Origin: Heterodontus francisci
Lineage: Eukaryota
Assembly: GCF_036365525.1 (NCBI RefSeq)
Contig: NC_090380.1
Span: forward strand, 78,741,784 to 78,805,783
DNA: 64,000 nucleotides
Direction: 5' to 3'
Below, in pieces: positions 13,356-25,339 of the stretch. A program made the translations under genes and the position numbers. How positions within the stretch are numbered: the stretch's first letter is position 1; each line of letters begins with the position of its first letter. The notes below the pieces were generated by a model. It was not told the DNA's origin. It ran no database searches and saw only the letters and a list, made by a program, of their open reading frames with translations.

Positions 13356-13709
13356 TTTAGATTTTGATTTAGAGATACAGCACTGAAACAGGCCCTTCGG
13401 CCCACCGAGTCTGTGCCGACCATTAACCACCCATTCATACTAATCCTACACTAATCCCATATTCCTACCACATCCTCACCTGTCCCTATATTCCTCTACC
13501 ACCTACCTATACTAGGGGCAATTTATAATGGCCAATTTACCGATCAACCTGCAAGTCTTTTGGCTGTGGGAGGAAACCAGAGCACCCGGAGGAAACCCAC
13601 GCAGACACAGGGAGAACTTGCAAACTCCACACAGGCAGTACCCAGAATTGAACTCGGGTCGCTGGAGCTGTGAGGCTGCGGTGCTAACCACTGCGCCACT
13701 GTGCCGCCC
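13356..13709 (-). mobile_element. tRNA-derived SINE with CR1-type tail (HE1-like)
   Basis: Reverse strand begins gggcggcacagtggcgcagtggttagcac (A box) and has gagttcaattc (B box). Five closely similar copies in the window. Confidence 0.9.
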
Positions 13710-16261
13710 GTGGCAGCAGAGACACTGCTTCAGTTTTCACGGTGGAGGACACTAGTACCATCCCAATAGTACCAAATAATGCAGAGGTTATAGAAAGGGA
13801 GGAACTTGGAACAATCATCATCACTAGGGAAAAAGTACTGAGCAAACTATTGGGGTTGAAGGAAGACAAGTCCCCAGGGCCTGATGGCCTACATCCTACG
13901 GTCTTAAAGGAAGTGGCAGTGGAGATAGTGGATCCATTGGTTATAATATTGCAACACTCTCTGGATACAGGAAAGGTTCCAGTGGATTGGAAAAAAGGTA
14001 ATGTAACGCCCTGATTCAAAAAGGGAGGGAGGCAGAAAGTAGGAAACTATAGACCAGTTAGTTTAACATCAGTCATTGGGAAATTGTTCGAATCCATTAT
14101 TAAGGAAGTAATAACAGGACATTTAGAAAGTCAAAATGCAATCGATCAGAGTCAGCATGATTTTATTAAGGGTAAATTGTGTTTTACTAATTTGCTAGAG
14201 TTCTTCGAAGCTGTAACAAGCAAAGTGGATAATGGGGATCCTGTAGGTGTAGTTTATCTGGACTTCCAGAAGGCATTTGATAAGGTACCGCACAAAAGGT
14301 TAATACACAAGGTAAGTTCACATGGGGTTAGGGGCAATTTATTGGCTTGGATAGTGGATTGGCTAACCAACAGAAAACAGAGAGTCGGGATAAATGGGTC
14401 TTTTTCTAGTTGGCAAGATGTAACTAATGGGGTGCCACAGGGTTCGGTTCTCGGGCCCCAACTATTTACAATCTATTTCAATGACTTGGATGCAGGGATA
14501 GAAGGTGCTATAACCAAATTTGCAGATGACACTAAAATAGGTGGGATAGTAAGTTGCAATAACAAAATAAGAAATCTACAAATGGATATGGATAGATTAG
14601 ATAAATGAACCAAAATTTGGCAGATGGATTTTAACGTGGATAAGTGTGAGGTTATCCATTTTGGTCGGAAGAATAGAAAGGCAAATTATTATCTAAATGG
14701 AGAGAAACTTCAGAGTGCTTCGGTGCAGAGGGATCTGGGTGTCCTCATGAGTCTGTGGAATTCACTACCCCAGAGTGCGGTGGATGCCAGGACATTGGGT
14801 AAATTTAAGGAGGAGATAGACAGATTTTTAATTAGAAATGGGTTGAAGGGTTATGGAGAACGAGCAGGAAAATGGAGTTGAGACCAAGATGAGATCAGCC
14901 ATGATCATATTAAATGGCGAAGCAGGCTCGCGGGGCTGAATTGCCTACTCCTGCTCCTACTTCTTATGTTCTTATGTACCTGAAGAAGAGTGGAAACAAA
15001 AACATGTTTTAAAGTAGAACCTGAAGCAAGAATTAAAATATTTCTTCACAACATCAGGTGTGTATATATCTGAATTGGCTCTTTTTCAGCATTAGTGTGC
15101 TTTTTAAAAAAAAAAAATTGGAAATCCTTCTGCCACCATGGTAATATTCCATGAAATGCACATGTTTAAATCTTTTCATATTCATAAATCTATGTTTTAA
15201 TTGTTCTCAAAATTATGTTTTCATGAGAAACTAAAACTACAAATATCCTCCCTATATTTAAGGAAGGATAGGAGGAATGTCATGTCTGGCTATGATCCCT
15301 CCTGCAGCTAAATTTTGCAGTCATTGTTGTGTCAGAATAATACTGTACACCAATCATGAAAACAGTTTTGCAAGCAGTCCAGTCAATACATATTTAATAA
15401 TGCACGTAATGGATGCTTTCAGTATAGACATGAAAGCCTGAGGAATCCACTCCACCCTGGTGCATAAAATGGATTTCCCAATGGAAATCGAGAATCAATC
15501 AAGAGAGCTTAATTCTGTTTTCTGCTGTAGCCATTCCCTTTGATATAATCCATGGCAAAATAAAACAATTATTTACAATGTCAGTTTATTTTGCGACTTA
15601 CATTTGTCCTGCACTAATAAGTAAAAATATAAATTTTACTGAAAGTTCGATTGAGAACTATAAATCATTGCTATTAAACCGCAAATTCATGAGTGAGAAT
15701 ATGATGAAAGATAGATGGGGAAATTAGTGATTTAAGACATCAGGATCAAACAGGGTTAGGTTTACAGAGAAACCCTAGTTTCTGCTGAATAGGTGAAGCC
15801 TGCACTGAATAACTCCAGTTACACACTACTTAGTTAATGTTTAATACCCCTTAAGTGGCCTAGCAAGCTACTCAATTGTCAGGGCATTTAGTGACGGGTA
15901 ATGTGAACTTTCCAGTGCCATCCAAATCCAGAGAACAAGTAAATGGAACAAGTCACAAAATCATAGGAACCTGCTGCTTTGAAATGTGTGATTTCTAACT
16001 ATTGGATTTCATTAGTGATTGGTTGATTATGAAAGATAACAGATATTTTCCTGGTTTTTAATACATGCATAATTTGAGCTCCTTATTTTGTTTCACCTCC
16101 TAAACCACTTGTCTCCAAATAAATGTTTACTGAGTGTGCCCTCAATAGCTTGTTCTTTTTAAGGTATAATAGAATTGCTATCAGTTAGCTAACTAACTTA
16201 ATCAACATTTTCTCTTATTCTGTAGACTGCACATCATGCCTTATTTCTGGCCAATAGAATG

Positions 16262-16393
16262 CAGAATAAACAAAAAGCAGACACCGGAAATCTAAATGAA
16301 AAACAAAGATTTCCAGAAACCGTCAGCAGTTTAGTAAGTATCTGTGGAGAGGACAAATAAGTTAACTTTTCAGATGTGGCCCCTTCGTCAGTA
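16262..16393 (-). repeat. Degenerate Penelope terminal-repeat fragment with hammerhead-like core
   Basis: Reverse strand CTGACGA-aggggccacatct-GAAA-agttaact. Similar to 22795-22935. Confidence 0.6.
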
Positions 16394-17259
16394 CAGAGAG
16401 TGGATCCATAAGCTGGTCCGTGACCTCTGCCTTTGACTGTGGTGATGCTGCAAACTCTTTCCCTTCATTAAGCTCATTAATGATCAACATGGAGCAAAAT
16501 ACTTTTAAGTTTGACTGTACAATTGTAGAATAATGCATGATTTCCTATTAATCAGCCCTACAAGCAAAACTTGACTTTTGTTTTAGTAACTATTTGTTTT
16601 TGTTTGCTAATTCATTTTTGGAGGGTCAGAAATGGTCTGAGCAGTGCTAGTCAAGGAAGCATACAAATAATCTGTTAGCACTTTCTATCCTTTCCAGCAC
16701 TTATTATTTGTGTCTGTTTTTTTGTTAAAATTAGTGGTGGAAGGAATGTTGACCCCCCCCCCCCCCCCTTGGTTTTAAAATTCTAAATATGAGCTTTGTT
16801 TATCAACCTATTGGTAGTGGTGCGTCTTCTGCATAATCTTAGGGATTAACACTAAAGTCACAAGTTGCAGCTTCAGACCACCGCTTCTAACTGCTGCTAA
16901 GACTGGCAGTGATTAAACAGAATGCAGAGAACCACGACACTGAAGTCTATTGGTGAACCCCTAACTTTGCTGCCAAACATCAAGTAATTCTTTGCTTAGT
17001 GCAGATTTAGCAAAGATGAATGAGTAGTGGGTGTTATGAGGAAAATGGACAGATTATCATGATAATATTCCTGGTACTGGATTACACCCTTGTATTCATT
17101 AAATAGAATCCGTTCCTGTTAACGTAGACATGCACATCCTTGGCAACTCATAGATGGAGGTGTGGATATGGTCATTGACACTATAGAAGATGGCAATAGT
17201 AAAGAATGATGTTCTGGATCTTTGTTGCTGTGGACACACTGGGAAGCTGACTTTGTGAG

Positions 17260-17612
17260 ATATTTATTTTTTATTTTTATTTAGAGATACAGCACTGAAA
17301 CAGGCCCTTCGGCCCACCGAGTCTGTGCCGACCAACAACCACCCATTTATACTAACCCTATATTAACCCCATATTCTCTACCACATCCCCACCATTCTCC
17401 TACCACCTACCTACACGAGGGGCAATTTACAATGGCCAATTTACCTATCAACCTGCAAGTTTTTGGCTGTGGGAGGAAACCGGAGCACCCGGCGGAAACC
17501 CACGCAGACACAGGGAGAACTTGCAAACTCCGCACAGGCAGTCCCCAGAACTGAACCCGAGTCGCTGGAGCTGTGAGGCTGCGGTGCTAACCACTGCGCC
17601 ACTGTGCCGCCC
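17260..17612 (-). mobile_element. HE1-like SINE
   Basis: Same head, body and tail as 13356-13709. Confidence 0.9.
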
Positions 17613-18091
17613 TATGTCCACGAAGTCAAAATAGCAATGACATGAGAAAATATTTTGGACATTGTTGACTTGCTGCAGCTCAGAGTTCCACTGGGAGTTG
17701 TGATAGTCTAATAGGTGAATGCAGTGGTTACCTTAGTGACATGCAGTAATTAGCATGTACCTGACAAATTGTACAAATGACACAATATTTGCATATTAAA
17801 TCTAAATCTTAAAAACGCCTGGAATGTCATGCCAATCAATATGACCAATCCAATATCTCTAAATTTTAATGAATATTCCTCTTTCCTGAAATGCTACCAT
17901 ACATGTATTATCACTAGTTGTCACCCATTTTGTAATTTTCAAAATGCAATATCAGTAGCCATTTTATACTCTGTGTTTTCATTCACTGAATTGTAGAGAT
18001 TTAAAACAAGAAATTTGAGAATTTAAATCCAGTTTCTTCTCAGCAGAACAGCAATCTGGATCAAAATGTCTCATTTACATTGGGGTGGGTT

Positions 18092-18683
18092 GGGGAATTT
18101 TAACCCCTGAAAATGGGTGGGTTTGGTTTAGGTGTGAGATTTAAAAGCTGAAACAGGAATCCAGCCTGTCTCGAACCCACCCACTTACAGATTTAACAGA
18201 GGCGGATCGAGCGCAGGTCACCAATCCACTTGCAGGAGGCAGGTTGGCCATTTAAATATTTTAATGAGGCTGTGAGCCTTTATGAGAACAACGGTACTGT
18301 TTTTAACCAATGGCGACCAAGTTTCCCAGGCCTTGGGAAGCCCAGCAGATAAAAGGAGGCAAGGAGGACCGAATCTATGAGATAAGTGCCTTTACATCTC
18401 TACTTGTGGGCCAGAGGAAGCAGCAGTGTTTCCTTCAGGCCTAACAATCTACCCAATAATCCATCCCCCACCCCCACAATCTGTCTGATCCTGCCTTCTC
18501 TCATGATCGGAACCCCTGACCACCCGGTCAATCGGGTTGGCTGTGGGTGGGAAACCTGCAGAAAAAAAGTTGAAGCCATCCTGCAGTTAAAAACTACAGG
18601 ACATTCAGGAAGCCTATACTTCTGCGTTTCCCAGCTTCAAAACAACCCATTTACTCCTTCTCCTCCTCAATTCAAATTGCATC
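18092..18683. mobile_element. Probable old non-autonomous DNA transposon (Harbinger-like MITE)
   Basis: Starts 'ggggaattttaacccc'. Internal architecture resembles the other MITEs. Right TIR degenerate. Confidence 0.4.
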
Positions 18684-18984
18684 TGTATCCAGAAACTAAG
18701 GGCTGGATTTTACCAAGCCCACAACGTCGGGCACCAGCAGAGACCTGCCTCGGAGGCCAACGCCAGGAGGGCCCAGCTTGATCCTCCAGGCGATGGCGAG
18801 GCTCCGTGGCAGCCCCCCCCCTCCCCCACCCCCGCCACTGGGAGATGGGACCTCAATTTCCATATGAAATCATTAGAACGAATTTATTTAAATATACTTA
18901 CCGGCAATCTTCCTGTCCCACCATTATCTTTAGCACAGCAGCCAGCAGTCCCGCGCCTTCAATTCCCCGTCTGGGGAAAGCAGG

Positions 18985-19903
18985 TGTTACGACCAGGTGA
19001 GAAATGGGTCTAGGGGTTCCCTCTCAGCCTTTGCCTGGTTTAACCGTAACAGGGTTTAATTTTAAAAACACTGTGTTTTAGCTCCCCATCAGCGAATCCA
19101 TGTTCATCGCTTTCTAAATGTAAGGCAAAGACAGGTTTTCTTAGATTTAAACATGAAAGGTGGAAGTTTATTAACCTTAAACTCTAATTCGGTTAATGAC
19201 TATGAATACACGACGCGACCACACTAGAATGCATACGCAATAAACACACACGCAGATAGAGATAGAAAAAGTAGAAAGAATAAAGGGAAAATGTTTGAGG
19301 CAATAGCTGGGTTTACTTACAGTCCTTTGAGTTCAATGTGGAGTCTTTGGTTGCTGGTCCTGCTGTTCGTGGGGGCCCAATGCACGCTTTAACTTGTTCC
19401 GATGTAGGAGTCTTCTCTCTTGAGGTTTAAGCAACCTCATTGGGTCCAGAGGCTTGTGAGAAAGCAAGAGAGAGCCAGCCAGGAGAGAGGCTGTCTTGCC
19501 GCAGGTTCAGTTGCAATCTTCAGTCTGTCTTCAAACTGTCCTGTGAGCACAATTCAAAACTCCAAGTTGGCCAGCAGGTTAGTCATGTCACTAACCCTTA
19601 TTTGGGAACAACCGCTTCTGAGGTTTGTGGATATCAAAGTTCTTGGTGGGGGAATGTAGTGCTGTCTCTTACACAGACAAGGTATGGATCACTATTGCCC
19701 AGCCCAATCTCTGTTAATTGAATCAGTGAGCAGTTCTTTTGTCTCTCCAAGCACTGTCTCTTAGTATGCAAATGTTCTCCAGCCAAATGTCTGGTGATCT
19801 CTTTAAAGAAGTAATTTCTTCACCTCCAGCAACAGTTTAAAATTACTGTTCATATGACGATATTAATATGCCTCATTCTTGGCAGGTGGGGGTCTTCATG
19901 ACA
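18985..19903 (-). mobile_element. Solo LTR, 919 bp
   Basis: TGT...ACA termini, 4-bp TSD CAGG (18981-18984, 19904-19907), AATAAA on the minus strand near 19170. Termini homologous to 29050-29876. Confidence 0.88.
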
Positions 19904-19962
19904 CAGGCGTGACATGGGTGGGGGGAGAGTGTTAAGATCTTCAGTGTGGGGAGGGGGGTATG

Positions 19963-20153
19963 GGGGAGGGGTGGTAGAGGCAGGAACCCTCCATATTTAA
20001 GAAGTATTTAGATGACCACTTGAAATGCCATAGCATACAGGGCTACAGGCCAAGTGTGGAAAAATGGGATTAGATTGGATGGGTGCTTGATGGTCGGCAC
20101 AGACAAGTTGGGCCAAAGGGCTTGTTTCTGTGCTGTATAACTCTTATGACTTT
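19963..20153 (+). mobile_element. CR1 3' terminal fragment
   Basis: gtggtagaggcaggaacc...tttaagaagtatttagatg...gggccaaagggcttgtttctgtgctgtataactcttatgac. Confidence 0.8.
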
Positions 20154-22794
20154 AAATAAGCATCATCAGTCTAGGGGATGCTGGGAAGGGGTGAACTTGC
20201 AACTTCGTGCAGTCTGGGCGGGGGTAAGATCAGAATTCAAAAATTCAAAGATGTTTGGGGGAGAAGGGAAAATATTTAGTGTATTTTTTATTGGGGGTTT
20301 GGAAAAGGGTATTCCAATTTTATTTTGTAAATTTTGAGGGGGTTCACTTTAAAAATTCAAATTTGCCGGCAGGGCCGGTTGTCTTTAAAAATGGTGCCAG
20401 CGCCTGCGTACAGGCAGCTGACGCCATTGCCAGGGATGGACAGCCCGCCCCCTCCACGTGATGGGGGGAGGGCGCAGGCTGCTCCGGCTGTCTAAATGAA
20501 CCACCGTGCGGGAGATTGAGGCAGCTGTTCGGCGTATGGCCTATATGTGCAGGCTGTCATTTTTTGAGCTCGCCACCTGGAGTGACGGTGAACTCATAAA
20601 ATCCAGCCCTAAGAGTGTACTTTTAACTACAGTGCAATGTGTAATGTGTCACATAGTAACGTATATGTCAACCGTTAGCTTTTCACGCTGAAGTCAGGGG
20701 TCCAGTCAATGTGTCATCTGTTGACACTACTATCAGTGTGGACCAGGGCCCTGTCTTGCTTTTATCCATGGCCAACCGCTTATGGAGTGGGGTCTCTGTT
20801 CAATTAACACCACACCTGAAGCTAATGTCAGTGATTCTGGCCTCTGTGTACAGAGCCAATGCCGTGATGTGGTCAGTGTGTAACAGTGGTGAGACACTGG
20901 GGAAGGAGATAAAAACATTTGGCATGACATCGCGTCTGTGTGCAACAGAAAGTGACAGGACAAAGGCAGCAGAATCAAGGCGATGTGTTACTGAAGCAGA
21001 AGGTGTGGACAGAAAATACAAAAGAAAAAGACAGAGACAAAACAGGACAACAGACAGAGTCACAAAAGACAGAGACACTGAAGGGAAAGACCATAAAAAA
21101 TTAAAAGAACAGAATGAAACAGACACAACCAGATAAGGAAAGAGAGACACAAAGCTGAACCGGGCAGGTAACGTATGTCATATCCTGTGACTTATCAAGA
21201 GTAAGGTCACAGGACATCCACAAATTGCCATCATTCTTTTACTGCTATATTTTGGTTCAAAGTAAAACAGCAGAAAGTCAGAATTGAGGCAATAGGCAAT
21301 ATACAAATTCAAACTAAGGAAAATAGTTAGAAAGCTGCCAAAGAGAAACTATTAAGGCTTTATGAAAACAGAAAGGAGAACCAATCAAAACATTTTTGTC
21401 TATTTTCTTTCTCAGTAACGGAAATTTCTAATGTCCAAAATAAGGTGTGTGGTGTAAAAAGACATTTAAAGATTACATCCACAATTTTAACTTGAAACAG
21501 GAATATTATGGGCCTGTGTCAGAGAAGAAATGCTATGCGAGATTGTGTTCAGATTCAGAGCTGGAGCCATGGGGAACTTGCAGGTGGTGGTGTTCCCATG
21601 CATCTGCTGCCCTTGTTCTTCCAGGTGGTAGAGGTCACGGGTTTGGAAGGTGCTGTCTGAGGAGCCATGGTGGGTTGTTGCAGTGTGTCTTGTAGATGGT
21701 ACACACTGCTGCCACTGTGCGTTGGTGGTAGGGGGAGTGAATGTTCGTGGATGGGGTGCCAATCAAGTGGGCTGCTTTGTCCTGGTTGGTGTCGAACTTC
21801 TGGAATGTTGTTGGAGCTGCACTCATCCAGGCAAGTGGACAGTATTCCATCACACTCCTGACTTGTGCCTTGTAGATGGTGGATAGGCTTTGGGGAGTCA
21901 GGAGGTGAGTTACTCGCCGCAGGATTCTGAGCCTCGGACCTGCTCTTGTAGCCACGGTATTTATATGGCTACTCCAGTTCAGATTCTGGTCAATGGTAAC
22001 CCCCAAGGTGTTGATAGTGGGGGGTTCAGCGATCGTAATACCATTAAATGTCATGGGGAGATGGTTAGATTCTCTCTTGTTGATGAAAGTCATTGCCTGG
22101 CACTTGTGTGGCATGAATGTTACTTGCCACTTATCAGCCCAAGCCTGGATATTATCCAGGTCTTGCTGCATGTGGGCACAGACTGCTTCAGTATTTGAGA
22201 GTCGTGAATGGTGCTGAACATTGTGCAATCATCAGCAAACATCCCCACTTCTGACCTTATGATTGAAGGTAGGTCATTTATGAAGCAGTTATGAAGGTGG
22301 TTGGGCCTAGGACACTACCCTGAGGAACTCCTGCAGTGATGTCCTGGAGCTCAGATGATTGACCTCCAACAACCATAACCATCTTCCTTTGTGCTAGGTA
22401 TGACTCCAACCACTGGAGCGTTTTCCCCCTGACTCCCATTGACTCCAGTTTTTCTAGGGCTCCTTGATGCCATACTCGGCCAAATGCTGCCTTGATGTCA
22501 AGCGCAGTCACTCACACTTCTGAAGTTCAGCTCTTTTGTCCATGTTTGAACCAAGGCTGTAATGAGATCAGGAGCTGAGTGGCCCTGGCGGAACCCAAAC
22601 TGAGTATCACTGAGCAGGTTATTGCTAAGCAAGTGCCGCTTGAAGGCACTGTTGATGACCCCTTCCATCACTTTACTGATGATTGAGAATAGACTGATGG
22701 GGTGGTAATTGGCTGGGTTGGACTTGTCCTGCTTTTTGTGTACAGTACATACCTGGGCAATTTTCCACATTGCTGGGTAGATGCTAGTGTTGTA

Positions 22795-23556
22795 ATAAAT
22801 AAAAGCAAAATACTGCAGATGCTGGAAATCTGAAATAAAAACAAAAAGTGCTAGAAATGCTCAGCAGGTCTAGCAGCATCTGTGGAGATAGAAGCAGAGT
22901 TAACGTTTCAGGTCAGTGACCCTTCATCAGAACTGGCAATGGTTAGAAATGTAATAAGTTTTAAGCAAATAAAGCAGGGGTGGGGCAAGAGAAAACAAAA
23001 GTAAAGGTGTTGATAGCACAGGGTCACAAAGAATAACTAACCAGAAGGTCATGGAGCAAAGGCAAATGTTATGTTAATGGTATGTTGAAAGACAAAGCGT
23101 TAGTGCAGAGAGGGTGTTAATGGGCAGAAAAATGAATAGCCCTGGCCCAAAGCACAAGCATGAAAAAAAACAATGGGCAGGGACATGGTGAGAAAAATGA
23201 ATGATGAAACAAACTAAAATAAAATAAAAAGAAAAAATAACTGAAAATAAAAAGGAGGGCCTGTCATACTGTGAAATTATTGAACTCAATGTTCAGACCG
23301 GCAGGCTGTAGCGTGCCTAATCAATAAATGAGATGCTGTTCCTCGAGCTTGCGTTGATGTTCACTGGAACACTGCAGCAAGCCCAGGACAGCTATGTGGG
23401 CATGAGAGCAGGGGAGGGTGTTGAAATGGCAAGCTACTGGAAGCTCGGGGTCATGCTTTCGGACTGAGTGGAGGTGTTCCGCAAAGTGGTTACCCAATCT
23501 GCTTTTGGTGTCACCAATGTAGAGGAGACCACATTGTGAGCAGCGACTGCTAGTGC
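22795..23556 (-). mobile_element. Penelope-like element 3' fragment: GIY-YIG endonuclease end plus terminal repeat
   Basis: RCSQCGLLYIGDTKSRLGNHFAEHL...VACHFN...RKLEEQHLIY. 16-bp TSD agatgc(t/c)agtgttgta at 22779-22794 and 23557-23572. Confidence 0.9.
22898..22934 (-). ncRNA. Minimal type I hammerhead ribozyme motif
   Basis: Reverse strand AGTT-CTGATGA-A-GGGTC-ACT-GACCT-GAAAC-GTT-AACT: intact CUGAUGA and GAAA core, stem I AGTT/AACT, palindromic ACGT stem III. Confidence 0.75.
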
Positions 23557-24412
23557 AGATGCCAGTGTTGTAGCTGTTCTGGAACAGCTTGGCTAGGGGC
23601 ATGGCAAATTCTGGAGCACAGGCCTTCAGTGCTATTGCCAGAATGTTGTCAGGGCCTTCAGTCGTTTCTTGATATCACGTGGAGTGAATCAAATTGGCTG
23701 AAGACTGGCACCTGTGATGTTGGGGACTTCAGGAGGAGGCTGAGATGGATCATCCACCCGGCACTTCTGGCTGAAGATTCTTGCAAATGCTTCAGCCTTA
23801 TCTTGTGTGTGTTGTCATTTCCTCTAATAAATATAAAGGTGAAATATTCTGCATCTAGATCTCTCATTCCTGGCATGACAACTGTAAGCTTGCCTCTTTA
23901 ATATTTCCTTATGAAACCCTTCCCTAGGAAATACATGTACTGATTGCACAGAGACCTACATCACGAACACTCAACTGTAAATTCCTAAATATATGATTAC
24001 CTGTAACGGGCTGTATGCTGAGGCAGCCACTTGCTCCAAAACCATAAACCTGTGTAGAAGTGATGAGCTGTATCAATCCTAGTATCCATTTTTCTCTCTT
24101 TGCCTGCTCCAATGTGGATGTTAAAGATCACAACTGGGATCTTCTGCCTTTCCTCCAGGGATTTCTGGGTGGAACTGAAGAGGGCAAGGACAGAAAATTG
24201 AATGGGCATGCAGTTTGCTGTGACCTCATCTATTTTCCCACCCATTAGATTTCCAGCTGGGGAAATATCTGGACAGGTGTATTGTAATAATAGGCAAATT
24301 AGAAAGACACAATGGGCCAAATGGCCTCTTTCTGTGCTGATTCTGTGTCATCTGGTGTGTTCCCTTTCATTCGAGCCACTGCCGGTTCAGTCCTGGTCTC
24401 CAGCATTTATAG

Positions 24413-24496
24413 GGCTACGGTGACGAGGAATTCGTTTTTACATCCAGAAAGCCTGAAAACCGCAGACCAGAAAAGCGTGCAAATTTTACTGAAGTA
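24413..24496 (+). CDS. Candidate 84-bp internal coding exon (GYGDEEFVFTSRKPENRRPEKRANFTEV), gene unknown
   Basis: Flanked by tttatAG and GTAAGT, length a multiple of 3, open in phase 0, CpG-rich in non-repeat context. No homology recognised. Confidence 0.35.
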
Positions 24497-25339
24497 GTAA
24501 GTCTGAGCCCCCATGTCTCCTTTGAAGAAGAGTTATCCCATTTTCTTGGTAATCTTTTTTTTCTCAACCAACACCAAAAGTGTAATGGATCCTTCATTAT
24601 TTCTAAGATTTTGATGTGTACAAAATTGCTTAGTGTTTGCCACTGTAATAGTTACTTTACTTAGCACTGCAATAATTTACATTTGTATAATGCTTCTAAT
24701 ATGCAAAATGCCTCAAAAGAAGTTTACATGGCACCAGTAGGAGTAACAGAACACTGTTATCCAGATAGGTGGGAGTGGAACCACACAAGTCAGTCCCATA
24801 GAGCTAGACAATGGAGTAAAGGACGATAACTCAATCAACTGTGCCAAATGCTGCTATCTATAAAGTAATTCATTATATGTAATTCACTTCGAAATGGATC
24901 TCAGAAACAAATGGAAGTTACAACACTGAAATACTATGAGGTGCGATAGGGAGCTGTTTCTTTCTCTTGCTCAATCTTTCTTTGGGTCCAATACTAAACC
25001 TGATTTAATTGCCCAATAGCCAGGAGATATTGCAATAGTGTGATGAGCATGTCCTAAGACATGGTGTCCATTGTATGCACCTAGGAAGAATGAAAGGTGG
25101 ACTACAAGCTTGCTTGTATTTCATCCCTAAGGTACCCATCAGTGACTACGTAGCCACTATGGAGTAACAATTACAGTAGTCACTGTACTTTTTGAAGTCC
25201 CAGTTGATGTTTCACCATTTGCTGACAGAAATTCAGAGGGCAGGCTCCTCTCTGTCTCTCCTCAGTACTGCTCTGACTCGAGCTAATGGAAGTGATTCTA
25301 GCCATTGGATATGATAGACCAGATTCAATTCAGTTGACA

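Larger units (their letters stand above)
11075..14977 (+). mobile_element. Long CR1 LINE: end of ORF1 (SGNH esterase type), then ORF2 endonuclease and RT, degenerate with internal deletions
   Basis: ORF1-like RVNAWLKDWCGRNGF...LFRWDGLHLNHAGTRVL. Endonuclease YLNARSIQNKINEL...[17 protein letters not shown]...KFADDTKIG. 3' tail 'cttatgttcttatgt'. Confidence 0.92.
18700..20609. mobile_element. Non-autonomous PIF/Harbinger element carrying a solo LTR and a CR1 tail
   Basis: 13-bp perfect TIRs GGGCTGGATTTTA / TAAAATCCAGCCC, flanked by a TAA TSD (18697-18699, 20610-20612). Confidence 0.9.
21565..23810 (-). mobile_element. Second CR1-group LINE family (family B), RT fragment split by a Penelope insertion
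   Basis: [25 protein letters not shown] and QQDLDNIQAWADKWQVTF. Homologous to 36679-38405 and 49656-52325. Confidence 0.9.

Noticed and set aside
20711-21150. Charged plus-strand ORF and hydrophobic minus-strand ORF
   Set aside because: Both arise from an AG/AC-rich low-complexity tract, and there is no recognisable domain.
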